Assembly (NCBI GenBank): GCA_900544245.1 | Contig: UQUH01000003.1 | Coordinates: 145 to 64,144, forward strand | DNA length: 64,000 bases | Direction of reading: 5' to 3' | Source of the DNA: an uncultured Coriobacteriaceae bacterium | Lineage (GTDB): Bacteria; Actinomycetota; Coriobacteriia; Coriobacteriales; QAMH01 | Shown: piece after piece, positions 48,410-57,662 of the stretch | Position numbering within the stretch: the first letter of the stretch is position 1 | Layout of the letters: every line of letters starts with the position of its first letter | Program-made: the position numbers and the translations under genes | Notes under the pieces: generated by a model | Databases searched by the model: none | The model's input: the letters and a program-made list of their open reading frames with translations, nothing else | What the model was told of the DNA's origin: nothing

Positions 48410-49051
48410 ATGAACATCATCCAACCGGCATCCAACACGCTCATCCCCTACGTCGTGGAGCAGTCGCCGCGCGGCGAGCGCAGCTACGACATCTATTCGC
48501 GTCTGCTCAACGACCGTGTCATCTTCCTTGGCGAAGAGGTCACGGACGCTTCGGCAAATACCGTCATCGCGCAGCTCCTGCATCTCGAGAGCGCCGATCC
48601 CGATAAGGACATCTCGCTCTACATTAACTCGCCGGGTGGTTCGGTGAGCGCCGGACTGGCCATCTATGACACGATGCAGTACATCAAGCCGGACGTGAGC
48701 ACCATCTGCATCGGCATGGCGGCTTCCATGGGCGCCGTCCTGCTGGCCGCGGGCGCTCCCGGCAAGCGCTTCGCACTGCCCAATTCCACCATCATGATTC
48801 ACCAACCGTCAGGTGGTGCCCAGGGCAAGGAAACCGACATCCAGATCATGGCCGAGTTCATGCGCAAGACGCGTGAGCAGCTCAACGAGATCCTTTCCGC
48901 GCATACGGGCCAGCCCATCGAGACCATCCGCGAGGACACGGAGAAGGACAATTTCATGTCGGCCGAGGAGGCCAAGGCATACGGACTGGTCGACGACGTC
49001 GTCAAGTCCCGCGCTGCAGCCAAGTTGGATGAAGAGCTGAAGAAGGATTAG
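48410..49051 (+). CDS. clpP: ATP-dependent Clp protease proteolytic subunit
   Basis: 213 aa with catalytic context GMAASMGA and IMIHQP. Confidence 0.96.
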   Translation: MNIIQPASNTLIPYVVEQSPRGERSYDIYSRLLNDRVIFLGEEVTDASANTVIAQLLHLESADPDKDISLYINSPGGSVSAGLAIYDTMQYIKPDVSTICIGMAASMGAVLLAAGAPGKRFALPNSTIMIHQPSGGAQGKETDIQIMAEFMRKTREQLNEILSAHTGQPIETIREDTEKDNFMSAEEAKAYGLVDDVVKSRAAAKLDEELKKD

Positions 49052-49055
49052 GCAC

Positions 49056-50354
49056 ATGGCTGATGGACCACATGGGTTTGATGGCAAGCTGCGCTGCTCG
49101 TTTTGCGGCAAGACCCAGAACGAGGTAGACAAGCTCATCGCCGGTGAGGGCGTCTACATTTGCAACGAGTGCGTCAGGCTCTGCACTGACATCATCGACG
49201 AGGAAGACGATGCCATGCAAGGCGAGGGGCTGCCAGCTGCGACTGGTCGCTCCGAAGGTCTCATCACGCTCGAGACCCTACCGACGCCCATCGAGATTCA
49301 TGCCGAGTTGTCCCAGTACGTCATCGGCCAGGAAGACGCCAAGAAGGCGCTCGCCGTCGCCGTCTACAATCACTACAAGCGCGTTGCCCTGGGCTTGAGT
49401 GCCGAAGATGACGAGGTCGAGCTCGCCAAGAGCAACATCTTGCTACTCGGCCCCACGGGCTGCGGCAAGACGCTTTTGGTCCAGACGCTCGCTCGCATAC
49501 TCGACGTCCCCTTTGCCATCGCCGACGCGACGGCGCTCACCGAGGCCGGATACGTGGGCGAGGACGTCGAGAACATCCTGCTCAAGCTCATCACCGCCGC
49601 CGATAACGACATCGATCGAGCGCAGGTGGGCATCGTCTACATCGACGAGATCGACAAGATCGCCCGCAAGGCCGAAAACCTCTCCATCACGCGCGACGTG
49701 TCGGGCGAGGGTGTGCAGCAGGCGCTTCTCAAGATCATCGAAGGCACCGATGCCGCCGTTCCTCCCACGGGTGGGCGCAAGCATCCGCAGCAGGAGCTCA
49801 TCCACATCGACACCACCAATATCCTGTTTATCCTGGGCGGAGCCTTCGTCGGCCTCGACAAGATCATCGGCGAGCGCATCGGCAAGCGCGGCGTGGGCTT
49901 CAATTCCGACGTCGGCAAGTCCCAGTCCGAGGAATCCGCCGAGCTGCTCGAGCAGGTGCTTCCCGAAGACCTCAATCGTTTCGGGCTCATTCCCGAGTTC
50001 GTGGGCCGTATTCCCGTTATCTCCTCGGTGCGCGAGCTTGACGAGGACGATCTCGTGCGCATCCTGACCGAGCCCAAGAACGCGCTCGTCAAGCAGTATC
50101 AGCGCATGTTCGGTTTCGACAACGTCGAGCTCGTCTTCGAAGACGGCGCGCTCCATGCCATCGCCAAGCTCGCGATCGAACGTGGTACCGGAGCGCGTGG
50201 ATTGCGCTCCATCTGCGAGAGCGTGCTCCAGGATACGATGTACGTGCTCCCCAGCTCCGATGACATCGTCAAGGTCATCGTCACGGAGCAGTGCGTCGCC
50301 GACGATGTCGAGCCTGTCGTGATTACGCGCGAATCTGCCGAATTCGTCGCATAG
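49056..50354 (+). CDS. clpX: ATP-dependent Clp protease ATP-binding subunit ClpX
   Basis: 432 aa with N-terminal zinc finger CSFCGK...CNEC, Walker A GPTGCGKT, and Walker [10 protein letters not shown]. Confidence 0.96.
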   Translation: MADGPHGFDGKLRCSFCGKTQNEVDKLIAGEGVYICNECVRLCTDIIDEEDDAMQGEGLPAATGRSEGLITLETLPTPIEIHAELSQYVIGQEDAKKALAVAVYNHYKRVALGLSAEDDEVELAKSNILLLGPTGCGKTLLVQTLARILDVPFAIADATALTEAGYVGEDVENILLKLITAADNDIDRAQVGIVYIDEIDKIARKAENLSITRDVSGEGVQQALLKIIEGTDAAVPPTGGRKHPQQELIHIDTTNILFILGGAFVGLDKIIGERIGKRGVGFNSDVGKSQSEESAELLEQVLPEDLNRFGLIPEFVGRIPVISSVRELDEDDLVRILTEPKNALVKQYQRMFGFDNVELVFEDGALHAIAKLAIERGTGARGLRSICESVLQDTMYVLPSSDDIVKVIVTEQCVADDVEPVVITRESAEFVA

Positions 50355-50386
50355 AGAACCAAGTTTCGAGAAAAAAGGATACGAAC

Positions 50387-53074
50387 ATGTCCGAGATGCC
50401 CAAGACCTACGACGCGGCGAGTGTCGAGGAGCGCATGCTCCAGAAATGGCTGGACGGCAAGTATTACGCGCGCTCGAAGGGGAAGGGCGATCGCACGGTC
50501 GTCATTCCGCCGCCCAACGTGACGGGCATGCTGCATATGGGCCATGCGCTCGACGACACGATCCAGGACACGTACATCCGCTATAGCCGCATGAACGGCT
50601 ACTCCACGCGCTGGATTCTGGGCACCGACCACGCGGGAATCGCCACGCAGACCAAGGTCGACAAGAAACTCAAGAGCGAGGGCGTCTCCCGGCTCGAGAT
50701 AGGACGCGAGGCGTTTCTCGACGAGTGCCAGAAGTGGCGTGACGAGTATGGCGGCATCATCGTCGAGCAGATCAAGCGCATGGGATGCTCCATCGACTTC
50801 GACGACGAGAAGTTCACCATGTCGCCGGAATACGCGCGCGCGGTGCGCAAGGTCTTCTGCGACTGGTATCATGATGGCCTTATCTACCGGGGCAAGCGCA
50901 TCGTCAACTGGTGCCCTAGTTGCACGACGGCCATCTCGGATGATGAGGCGGAATACCAGGACGAGAAAGGCCATCTGTGGCACCTGCGCTATCCGCTCGT
51001 GGAGCCCGTTGACGGCGTCGAGTACATCACGGTCGCCACGACGCGCCCCGAGACCATGCTCGGTGACACGGGCATCGCCGTATCCCCCGATGATCCAGAC
51101 AAGCAGAAGTTCGTGGGCAAGATGGTCAGACTTCCCATCGTGGACCGCGAGATTCCGATCTTCTCCGATTGGCACGTGGACGCGGGCTTCGGCACGGGCT
51201 TCGTCAAGGTGACGCCCGCACACGATCCCAACGACTACGCCATGGGCCAGGCGCACGACCTGCCCCAGATCAACATTTTCGACGAGCACGCCATCGTCGT
51301 CGATGGCTATGGCGAGTTCACCGGCATGGATCGCGACCAGTGCCGCGAGGCCGTCGTCGCGTGGTTCGAGGAGCATGACCTACTCGACCACGTGGATGAC
51401 CACGAGCACTCCGTCATGCACTGCTACCGTTGTGACTCGACGCTCGAGCCGTGGTTGTCCGAGCAATGGTTCGTCGCCGTCGACAAGCTCAAGGGGCCGG
51501 CAACGGACGTGGTTGCCAACGGCCAGGTCACCTTCCATCCGAGCCGCTGGACGCAGACGTACATGACGTGGATGGAAAACCTCAAGGACTGGTGCATCTC
51601 GCGTCAGCTGTGGTGGGGCCACCGCATCCCCGTCTTTCATTGCGACGCATGCGGCTGGGAGGACGCCCTCATGGAGGACACCGACGTCTGCCCCGTATGC
51701 GGCAGTCATGAGGTGCACCAGGAGGAGGATGTGCTCGACACGTGGTTCTCGAGCCAATTGTGGACTTTCGCCACGCAAGGTTGGCCCGACCATCCCGATG
51801 AGCTCGTCGGCCACCATCCCACCAAGGTCCTCGTGACGGCGCGCGACATCATCGCGCTATGGGTCGCCCGCATGATCATGAGTTCGCTGTACTTCATCGG
51901 TGAGATTCCCTTCGAGGACGTCTTCATCTACGCGACCATCCTGGCAAAGGACGGCAGCCGCATGTCCAAGTCCAAGGGCAACGGCGTCGACCCGATGGAC
52001 CTCATCGCCATGTATGGCGCCGATGCGATGCGCTTCAACCTGCTCACGCTCGTCACCAACAACCAGGACGTCAAGTTCGATGCCAACATCGACAAGAAGA
52101 CCCACGAGCTCGTCGATTCCCCGCGTACCGAAGCCGCGCGGTCCTTCGTCACCAAGATCTGGAACGCGGCGCGCTTCGTCATGCTCAACATGGATGGCTA
52201 CGAGCCGGGCGAGCCCCAGGCGGCGACGGCCGCCGATGCGTGGATCCTCTCGTGTCTCGCCAAGCTCACCGCTTCCGTCACGGCCGGCATCGAGGAGTAT
52301 CGCTTTGGCGATGTCGCGCGCGAGCTCTACGCGTTTTTCTGGAACGAGTTCTGCGATTGGTACATCGAGCTTTGCAAGGCACGCTTGTCCCAGGACGGGG
52401 AGACCCGTCTGGTCGCCCAGCGCAATCTCGTCTTCGTACTCGATAGCGCCCTGCGCTTGCTCCACCCGGTCATGCCGTTCGTGACCGAGGCTATTTGGGA
52501 ATACCTGCCTGTCGAGGATGACGCCCCCGCCCTCATGGTGGCGGCCTGGCCCGATGCCGGCGACCTCTCGTGCTGGATTGACGACGAGGCCGAGCAGGCA
52601 ATCCAGCTTGTCGTGCAGCTTGTTACCTCGGTGCGTGCGACGCGCGCCGCATATGGTATAAGCCCGCGTCAAGAGCTTGCCGTGACGCTGCGCTTCGCGG
52701 ACGATGACGAGGATGCGCTTGCGAAGCGCGCGCTCGTCGAGCGGCAACGTGATCTCATCATGGCGCTTGCCAAGCTCTCGAGCCTCGACATCATCGAGGC
52801 TGACGCCCCCCGCCCCGCAGAATGTGGCATCGATTTCGTGGGCGATATCGAGGTGTACGCCGGCCTGTCCGGCCTGGTCGATTTTGCCGAGGAGCGCAAG
52901 CGCCTCGAGGGACGCCGTGCCAAGGCGCTCAAGGAGCTCGAGAAACTCGACAAGAAGCTCGGCAACCAGAACTTCCTCGACAAGGCCGCACCCGAGGCCG
53001 TCGAAAAGGTCCGCACCGAGCATGCCGAGCTCACGCAGGAGCTCAAGCTCATCAAGGCACAGCTCGAGGAGTAG
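50387..53074 (+). CDS. valS: Valine--tRNA ligase
   Basis: ORF from 50291; ATG at 50387. PPPNVTGMLHMGH (HIGH), KMSKS, C-terminal coiled coil. Confidence 0.96.
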   Translation: MSEMPKTYDAASVEERMLQKWLDGKYYARSKGKGDRTVVIPPPNVTGMLHMGHALDDTIQDTYIRYSRMNGYSTRWILGTDHAGIATQTKVDKKLKSEGVSRLEIGREAFLDECQKWRDEYGGIIVEQIKRMGCSIDFDDEKFTMSPEYARAVRKVFCDWYHDGLIYRGKRIVNWCPSCTTAISDDEAEYQDEKGHLWHLRYPLVEPVDGVEYITVATTRPETMLGDTGIAVSPDDPDKQKFVGKMVRLPIVDREIPIFSDWHVDAGFGTGFVKVTPAHDPNDYAMGQAHDLPQINIFDEHAIVVDGYGEFTGMDRDQCREAVVAWFEEHDLLDHVDDHEHSVMHCYRCDSTLEPWLSEQWFVAVDKLKGPATDVVANGQVTFHPSRWTQTYMTWMENLKDWCISRQLWWGHRIPVFHCDACGWEDALMEDTDVCPVCGSHEVHQEEDVLDTWFSSQLWTFATQGWPDHPDELVGHHPTKVLVTARDIIALWVARMIMSSLYFIGEIPFEDVFIYATILAKDGSRMSKSKGNGVDPMDLIAMYGADAMRFNLLTLVTNNQDVKFDANIDKKTHELVDSPRTEAARSFVTKIWNAARFVMLNMDGYEPGEPQAATAADAWILSCLAKLTASVTAGIEEYRFGDVARELYAFFWNEFCDWYIELCKARLSQDGETRLVAQRNLVFVLDSALRLLHPVMPFVTEAIWEYLPVEDDAPALMVAAWPDAGDLSCWIDDEAEQAIQLVVQLVTSVRATRAAYGISPRQELAVTLRFADDDEDALAKRALVERQRDLIMALAKLSSLDIIEADAPRPAECGIDFVGDIEVYAGLSGLVDFAEERKRLEGRRAKALKELEKLDKKLGNQNFLDKAAPEAVEKVRTEHAELTQELKLIKAQLEE

Positions 53075-53098
53075 CAGCAGTTCCGAAAGGGGATAGCC

Positions 53099-53683
53099 GT
53101 GAAGAAGATTCTGTACGTGGATTCATGCGTCAATCGCGATACCTCGCGTACCGAGCGGCTCGCCCAGGCGCTTCTCGCACGCCTGGACGGCCCGGACGTT
53201 GAGATCGAGACGCTCGTGCTGGAGGACGAGAAGGACCTGCTGCCTCTCACGGGCGAGCTGTCCAACCAACGCATGAACTGGGGAAAGTCCGGCGATTTCA
53301 ATCATGCCGTCTTCGATTATGCGAAGCAGTTTGCCGCTGCTGACGAGATCGTGTTCGCTGCTCCGTATTGGGACTTCTCCTTCCCCGCGATGCTCAAGAT
53401 CTACTTCGAGCTGCTCTGCGCCCAAGGAGTGACCTTCGTCTATAGCCCCGAGGGTATTCCCACTGGCATGTGTAACGGCAAGCGCGCATACTACGTCACG
53501 ACCGTCGGCGGTTATAGTGGCGATTGGGACTACGGTTACGACCAGGTCAAGGCCCTGTGCCAACTGTACTTTGGCATCGAGGACGTTCGTTGCTTCCGCG
53601 CCGAGGGACTCGACATCATCACCAACGATGCGGATGCCATCATGGATGAGGCGCTCCGGGAGCTCGCGCGCGCCGAGCTGTAG
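53099..53683 (+). CDS. Flavodoxin-like fold NAD(P)H-dependent oxidoreductase (azoreductase/quinone reductase-like)
   Basis: 194 aa, GTG start. KILYVDSC...S.T..L, and AAPYWDFSFPAMLKIYFE typical of the AzoR/Flavodoxin_2 family. Confidence 0.7.
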   Translation: MKKILYVDSCVNRDTSRTERLAQALLARLDGPDVEIETLVLEDEKDLLPLTGELSNQRMNWGKSGDFNHAVFDYAKQFAAADEIVFAAPYWDFSFPAMLKIYFELLCAQGVTFVYSPEGIPTGMCNGKRAYYVTTVGGYSGDWDYGYDQVKALCQLYFGIEDVRCFRAEGLDIITNDADAIMDEALRELARAEL

Positions 53684-53692
53684 GGAGGCGTC

Positions 53693-54403
53693 ATGGACGA
53701 TTACGCCAACCTCGACTATGACCGTGCCGAGCGCTGCGGGTTTCCCGAGGTCATATACGGGGCGAGCAAGACGCCCGAGCAAATCTGCACCATCGCGACG
53801 CAGTTACTGGAGCGTCACGGCGTCGTCATGGCGACGCGCGTGGGTGCGGACGCTGCGCGGATCGTGCAGGGGCACATTCCGGACGCACGCTGGTTCGAGC
53901 GCTCGGGGCTGCTCTTCGCCGATCGTCGCGAGCATCCCGTCGAGGGAATGACGCTCGGGGAGGTGCTCGCGTGCCCCAATCGCGCGCGGGGTAGCGTCAT
54001 CGTTGCCTGTGCCGGGACGAGTGACATCGGCATAGCAGAGGAGGCGGCGCTCACGGCCCGCATCATGGGATCGCGCGTGCGCTTGCTTGCCGACATCGGG
54101 GTGGCGGGAGTCCATCGGACGCTCGCGCATGAGGACGATTTGCGCGAGGCACGTGTCATCGTGGTCGTCGCCGGTATGGAGGGCGCTCTTGCCTCGCTCG
54201 TCGCCGGCCTCGTTGACGTGCCGGTCATTGGTGTTCCCACGAGCGTGGGCTACGGGGCGAGCTTCGGCGGCCTCTCCGCGCTGCTCTCCATGCTCAACTC
54301 ATGCGCCGGTGGCGTGTCGGTGGTCAACATTGACAATGGCTTCGGGGCCGGGCAGATCGCGCATCGCGTCAATTGCCCGCCCGAGCGCCTTTCCGGCCTC
54401 TAG
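53693..54403 (+). CDS. larB: LarB-like nickel-pincer cofactor biosynthesis protein (PurE-related carboxylase/hydrolase)
   Basis: 236 aa. N-terminal DYDRAERCGFPEVIYG, and a PurE-like C-terminal half (AGTSDIGIAEEA...VVAGMEGALASLVAGL...VIGVPTSVGYG). Confidence 0.8.
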   Translation: MDDYANLDYDRAERCGFPEVIYGASKTPEQICTIATQLLERHGVVMATRVGADAARIVQGHIPDARWFERSGLLFADRREHPVEGMTLGEVLACPNRARGSVIVACAGTSDIGIAEEAALTARIMGSRVRLLADIGVAGVHRTLAHEDDLREARVIVVVAGMEGALASLVAGLVDVPVIGVPTSVGYGASFGGLSALLSMLNSCAGGVSVVNIDNGFGAGQIAHRVNCPPERLSGL

Positions 54404-54738
54404 GCGCGGGGATTGTCACGGCCGTTGGTCTTCAGGAATTCGACGACGTCCTCGTTGGTGAGCCCCCGTTCGGCAAGGTAGCCGGTGTAGGCTCGATGCG
54501 TCTTGGAAAACTTGTTGCCAAACCATCCCAGGAAGATTGCCGCGATCGCGGCGAGAATCCAGGTAACGCCCGGCGCGTTCTCGATGACGTAGTTAATGAC
54601 CAGGAGATAGTACGCGCCAATGGCGGCGAGGCATATGACGAGCCCGACGACGAGGCGTACGAGCCATTTGCGGTACTCGGCGCGCTTGTTTGCCGCCTCC
54701 CGCATGACGCTGGGCTTTTGAGTCCTGTTCTTTCCCAC
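54400..54738 (-). CDS. Hypothetical small membrane protein (2 TM)
   Basis: ORF reaches 54756 (GTG). The internal GTG at 54738 has AAGGGAG 5 nt upstream. Two hydrophobic segments and a charged C-terminus (LAERGLTNEDVVEFLK). Confidence 0.5.
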   Translation of the reverse strand: MGKNRTQKPSVMREAANKRAEYRKWLVRLVVGLVICLAAIGAYYLLVINYVIENAPGVTWILAAIAAIFLGWFGNKFSKTHRAYTGYLAERGLTNEDVVEFLKTNGRDNPRA

Positions 54739-54948
54739 GGATGCTCCCTTTCGCACGAGGCGATGAATGGTAGGGGAGAGTGTACACCATACGACTGCCT
54801 AATTCCCCGAGTATGAGGCAATCGCCGTTTGCGCAAAAAGAGGTTCTTGAGGGTAATTCTCGCTACAGTGTGCTATTCTATATGGCGATTTTGTGGAGGA
54901 TATCGAAGACATGGACGCGCGTGAGCCATCACGGCGTTCTTTTTTCCC

Positions 54949-54954
54949 TATAAT
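54949..54954 (+). promoter_or_regulatory. Consensus TATAAT -10 hexamer, candidate promoter for the downstream small-ORF/MFS unit
   Basis: Exact TATAAT ~170 nt upstream of the ATG at 55126. No good -35 (CCATCA at 17-nt spacing). Confidence 0.3.
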
Positions 54955-55125
54955 CCGCAGGTCACCGTCCCTCATTCGTGTCTGGTGCGGGGACGGATTC
55001 CCATCTCAGGGATGGGGCAAATGCCGTATTGCCAGGCGGTCGGTCCTCCCCGTTCGGGAGGGCATCGGTCTAGAAGGCTGACTGGCGAATTGTAGGACGT
55101 CCCGTACGGGACAGAAGAAAAGGAG

Positions 55126-55383
55126 TTGACTATGTGTTTTAGGCCCGCAGGTGTAGAGATCGATCTCAACTGCCCGTCGTGCGGTAAGAAGCTGCCCGTT
55201 ATCGGCAACACCGTTCTCAAGAAGTGCCCGTTCTGCAAGTACGAGTTCACTGAGCAGGATATGCAGGACTTCCAGGCTCAGCTCGGCGGTCCCGCCGGTG
55301 CTGCTGCTCCTGGCGCTCCCGCTGCCCCCGGTGCTCCTGGCGCCCCCGCGGCTCCCGGTGCTCCCAAGGCTCCTGGCATGTAA
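55126..55383 (+). CDS. Small zinc-ribbon protein with Pro/Ala-rich repeat tail
   Basis: 85 aa. RBS GAAAAGGAG. CPSC-x17-CPFC, then a GGPAGAAAPGAPAAPGAPGAPAAPGAPKAPGM tail. Confidence 0.65.
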   Translation: MTMCFRPAGVEIDLNCPSCGKKLPVIGNTVLKKCPFCKYEFTEQDMQDFQAQLGGPAGAAAPGAPAAPGAPGAPAAPGAPKAPGM

Positions 55384-55434
55384 GCACTTTTGCTCGCTTT
55401 TACGCAGTTTTGCCCGTGAGAATTGAGGGTGGCC

Positions 55435-55635
55435 GTGTCTGTCGTTAAACCAAAGAACCTCGAGCTTACCGAAGAGGATCTGGGGGGCCTACCGCTCAAC
55501 GAACTCACGTGTCGTGCGTGCAGTGGCTATGGCAATTGCGGATATCGCATGTATCGCATTAGCGAGGGAAAGCCAGTCGTCATCTGCCAGATGCGCAGGG
55601 CAAAACTGCTAGAAGGGCAGCAGGAAGTCGAGTAG
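55435..55635 (+). CDS. Candidate small Cys-containing protein (66 aa)
   Basis: ORF 55423..55635. GTG at 55435 follows GAGGGTGG. Contains CRAC..C....C. Third-position GC is lower than in neighbouring genes, so coding status is uncertain. Confidence 0.35.
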   Translation: MSVVKPKNLELTEEDLGGLPLNELTCRACSGYGNCGYRMYRISEGKPVVICQMRRAKLLEGQQEVE

Positions 55636-55770
55636 CGATCGGTTCGAATCGGGTTTTCTGGGGTCCTGATTCTAGCTGATTGAGATTTGCCTTCTCGCTG
55701 TCGGGAAAGCTGGGGGCTTTCCCGAATACTCATTTCTCCTGATGGAGAAGATTGATTTAAGGAGGGACTG

Positions 55771-57543
55771 ATGGACGGTAAAGAGTTTACTGTTTCCGAA
55801 GTCATTGACCGTGCGGGCATTTCCGCCCACACATGGATCGTATTCGTCCTCTTGGCGTTCGCCATGATTTTCGACGGCTACGACTTCATGATCGTCAATT
55901 CCACCAACACCTATGTCGCACCTACGTTCTTTGCAGCTCAGATTGCTGCTGGTCAGCCCATCGCGGCTCTGACCGGCTCTCTGACTACTTGGGGCCTGCT
56001 CGGCATGGTTCTTGGTGGTGCCGTCGGAGGTATCCTCTCCGACATGATCGGCCGTAAGAAGATGCTCACGATCGCAGTTATCTTCTATGGTCTGTTTACC
56101 CTTCCCCAGGCTTTTGCGCCGGACTACACGTTCTTCTGCGCGTTCCGTCTCATCGCCGGCTTTGGCGTTGGCTCTTGCATCCCGGTCGTCACGACCGTGT
56201 TCTCCGAGAGCATGCCTTCCAAGCAGCGTGGCATCTTCGTCACGTTCGGCATGGCCTTCATGGTCATGGGCTGGGTTATCGCTGGTCTCGTTGCGGCTCC
56301 TGTCTGCTCGGACCCGAACCCCATCATCCCCGGCCTCTGCGATGGTCAGATCACGCTCGCAACTGGCGCAACCGCTGTCCAGAACTGGCGCGTTTGCTAT
56401 CTGATCGGCGCCCTGCCGGTTGTCTACGGCATCATCCTGCTTTTTGCGATGCACGAGACCCCGCACTGGTACGCTAACCATGATCAGAAGGACAAGGCCG
56501 TCGCTCGCCTCGAGCAGATCGTCAAGGCCACGCGTCACGTCGACGTTCACTTCGATGCCAACCTGCTGATCGTTCCGCCCAAGCCCGCCAAGTCCGGCCC
56601 CGCGGTTCTGTTCTCCAGCAAGTTCATCGTCGCCACCTGCGCTATCTGGTCCGCCTACTTCGTTGGCCAGTTCTGCGTCTATGGCATGAACGCCTGGATT
56701 CCGACCTGGTTCCAGGGCAATGGCTTCACCGCCGCCGAGTCTGTTACCCTGCAGACCTGGAACAACGTTGCCGCTATCGCATCGAACATCTGCGTTGGCT
56801 TCGTCTCCGATGCCATCGGCCGTAAGCGCGCACTGTGGATTGGCTGGGTCGCTTGTATCGTCGCGATCATCGCCTGCTCCGTGTTCGTCCCGATGTTCCC
56901 GGGCGAGGCTCCCGTGAATGGCGCACCCCTCGCTGGCGCTGCTGCGGGCAACTTCGTTCCCTGCATCTTCCTGATGCTTCTCTTCGGCTTCTGCCTGAAC
57001 TACGCCATTACGGCTGTCCAGCCCCTGATGCCCGAGTCCTATCCCACCACGCTGCGCAACACCGGTACCTCTTGGTGCCAGGCGTTTGCCCGTTTCGGTG
57101 GCTCCGGCTCCTCCATCGTTCTGGGTGCTGCCGCTGGCCTGGCCATGTTCCAGCATGACGTCAACGGCACCATGTCCAACAACTGGTCCATGGTCGTTCT
57201 CGTCCTGCTCATCCCGTTCGTTCTCGGTCTCCTCTGCACCCTGCTCTTCGTGAAGAACACGGGCGGAAAGACTATGGACGAGCTGCAAAAGCTCTCCGAG
57301 GAGAACCCGCTGTCCGAGACGGACGGCAATGGCCGCTTCTGGATCATGATCGTCGTTGTTGTCATCAACTTCATCGGCTGCATCGTGTGCCCGCTGGCCA
57401 TCCCCGGCTTCTCCAAGACCGCGATGGCTCTGCCCATCATGCTCATCGCCATGCTTCTGCCGTTCATCTACTTCTTCGTATTTGGCGGTCTGGGCCTTGG
57501 CAAGGAGAAGGCTGCAAAGGCAGAGGGTGCCAACATCCTCTAA
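55771..57543 (+). CDS. MFS transporter (large, with extra C-terminal TM pair)
   Basis: 590 aa. MFS motifs DGYDFMIV, GGILSDMIGRKKML, FRLIAGFGVGSCIP. RBS TAAGGAGG. About 95 aa with two additional hydrophobic segments after the 12-TM core. Confidence 0.85.
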   Translation: MDGKEFTVSEVIDRAGISAHTWIVFVLLAFAMIFDGYDFMIVNSTNTYVAPTFFAAQIAAGQPIAALTGSLTTWGLLGMVLGGAVGGILSDMIGRKKMLTIAVIFYGLFTLPQAFAPDYTFFCAFRLIAGFGVGSCIPVVTTVFSESMPSKQRGIFVTFGMAFMVMGWVIAGLVAAPVCSDPNPIIPGLCDGQITLATGATAVQNWRVCYLIGALPVVYGIILLFAMHETPHWYANHDQKDKAVARLEQIVKATRHVDVHFDANLLIVPPKPAKSGPAVLFSSKFIVATCAIWSAYFVGQFCVYGMNAWIPTWFQGNGFTAAESVTLQTWNNVAAIASNICVGFVSDAIGRKRALWIGWVACIVAIIACSVFVPMFPGEAPVNGAPLAGAAAGNFVPCIFLMLLFGFCLNYAITAVQPLMPESYPTTLRNTGTSWCQAFARFGGSGSSIVLGAAAGLAMFQHDVNGTMSNNWSMVVLVLLIPFVLGLLCTLLFVKNTGGKTMDELQKLSEENPLSETDGNGRFWIMIVVVVINFIGCIVCPLAIPGFSKTAMALPIMLIAMLLPFIYFFVFGGLGLGKEKAAKAEGANIL

Positions 57544-57574
57544 GCTTTGCGCTTGTCGTTAGCTCTGCTAACAC

Positions 57575-57611
57575 AGAAGACCCCCGGTATTTGCCGGGGG
57601 TCTTCTTGTTT
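57575..57611. terminator. Bidirectional rho-independent terminator between convergent genes
   Basis: AGAAGACCCCCGG-TATTTG-CCGGGGGTCTTCT (13-bp perfect stem). The stem is followed by TGTTTG on the + strand. On the - strand the U-tract is weak (TGTGTTAGC). Confidence 0.7.
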
Positions 57612-57662
57612 GCTCACGATGTTTGCCAGGCTGTTGGACGGCCCTTTGTCGTGGCGGGCGCT

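Noticed and set aside
54893-55081. 62-aa ORF in the divergent intergenic region, and the 54972..55250 - strand ORF.
   Set aside because: No RBS and Arg/Ser/Pro-rich translations. They overlap the hairpin-rich leader, and in the second case the better-supported zinc-ribbon gene.
55030-55100. Fragments resembling the ZTP (pfl-motif) riboswitch: GACTGGCGAA on the + strand and CCGCCTGG on the - strand.
   Set aside because: The two conserved blocks are on opposite strands and in the wrong order, so the pseudoknotted ZTP architecture cannot form.
55290-55380. Short tandem GCT/CCC/GGT repeats, considered as a VNTR or CRISPR-like repeat.
   Set aside because: They are in frame within the zinc-ribbon ORF and encode the (P/A/G) tail. 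Units are 9-15 nt with no spacers, so this is coding low complexity rather than a repeat array.
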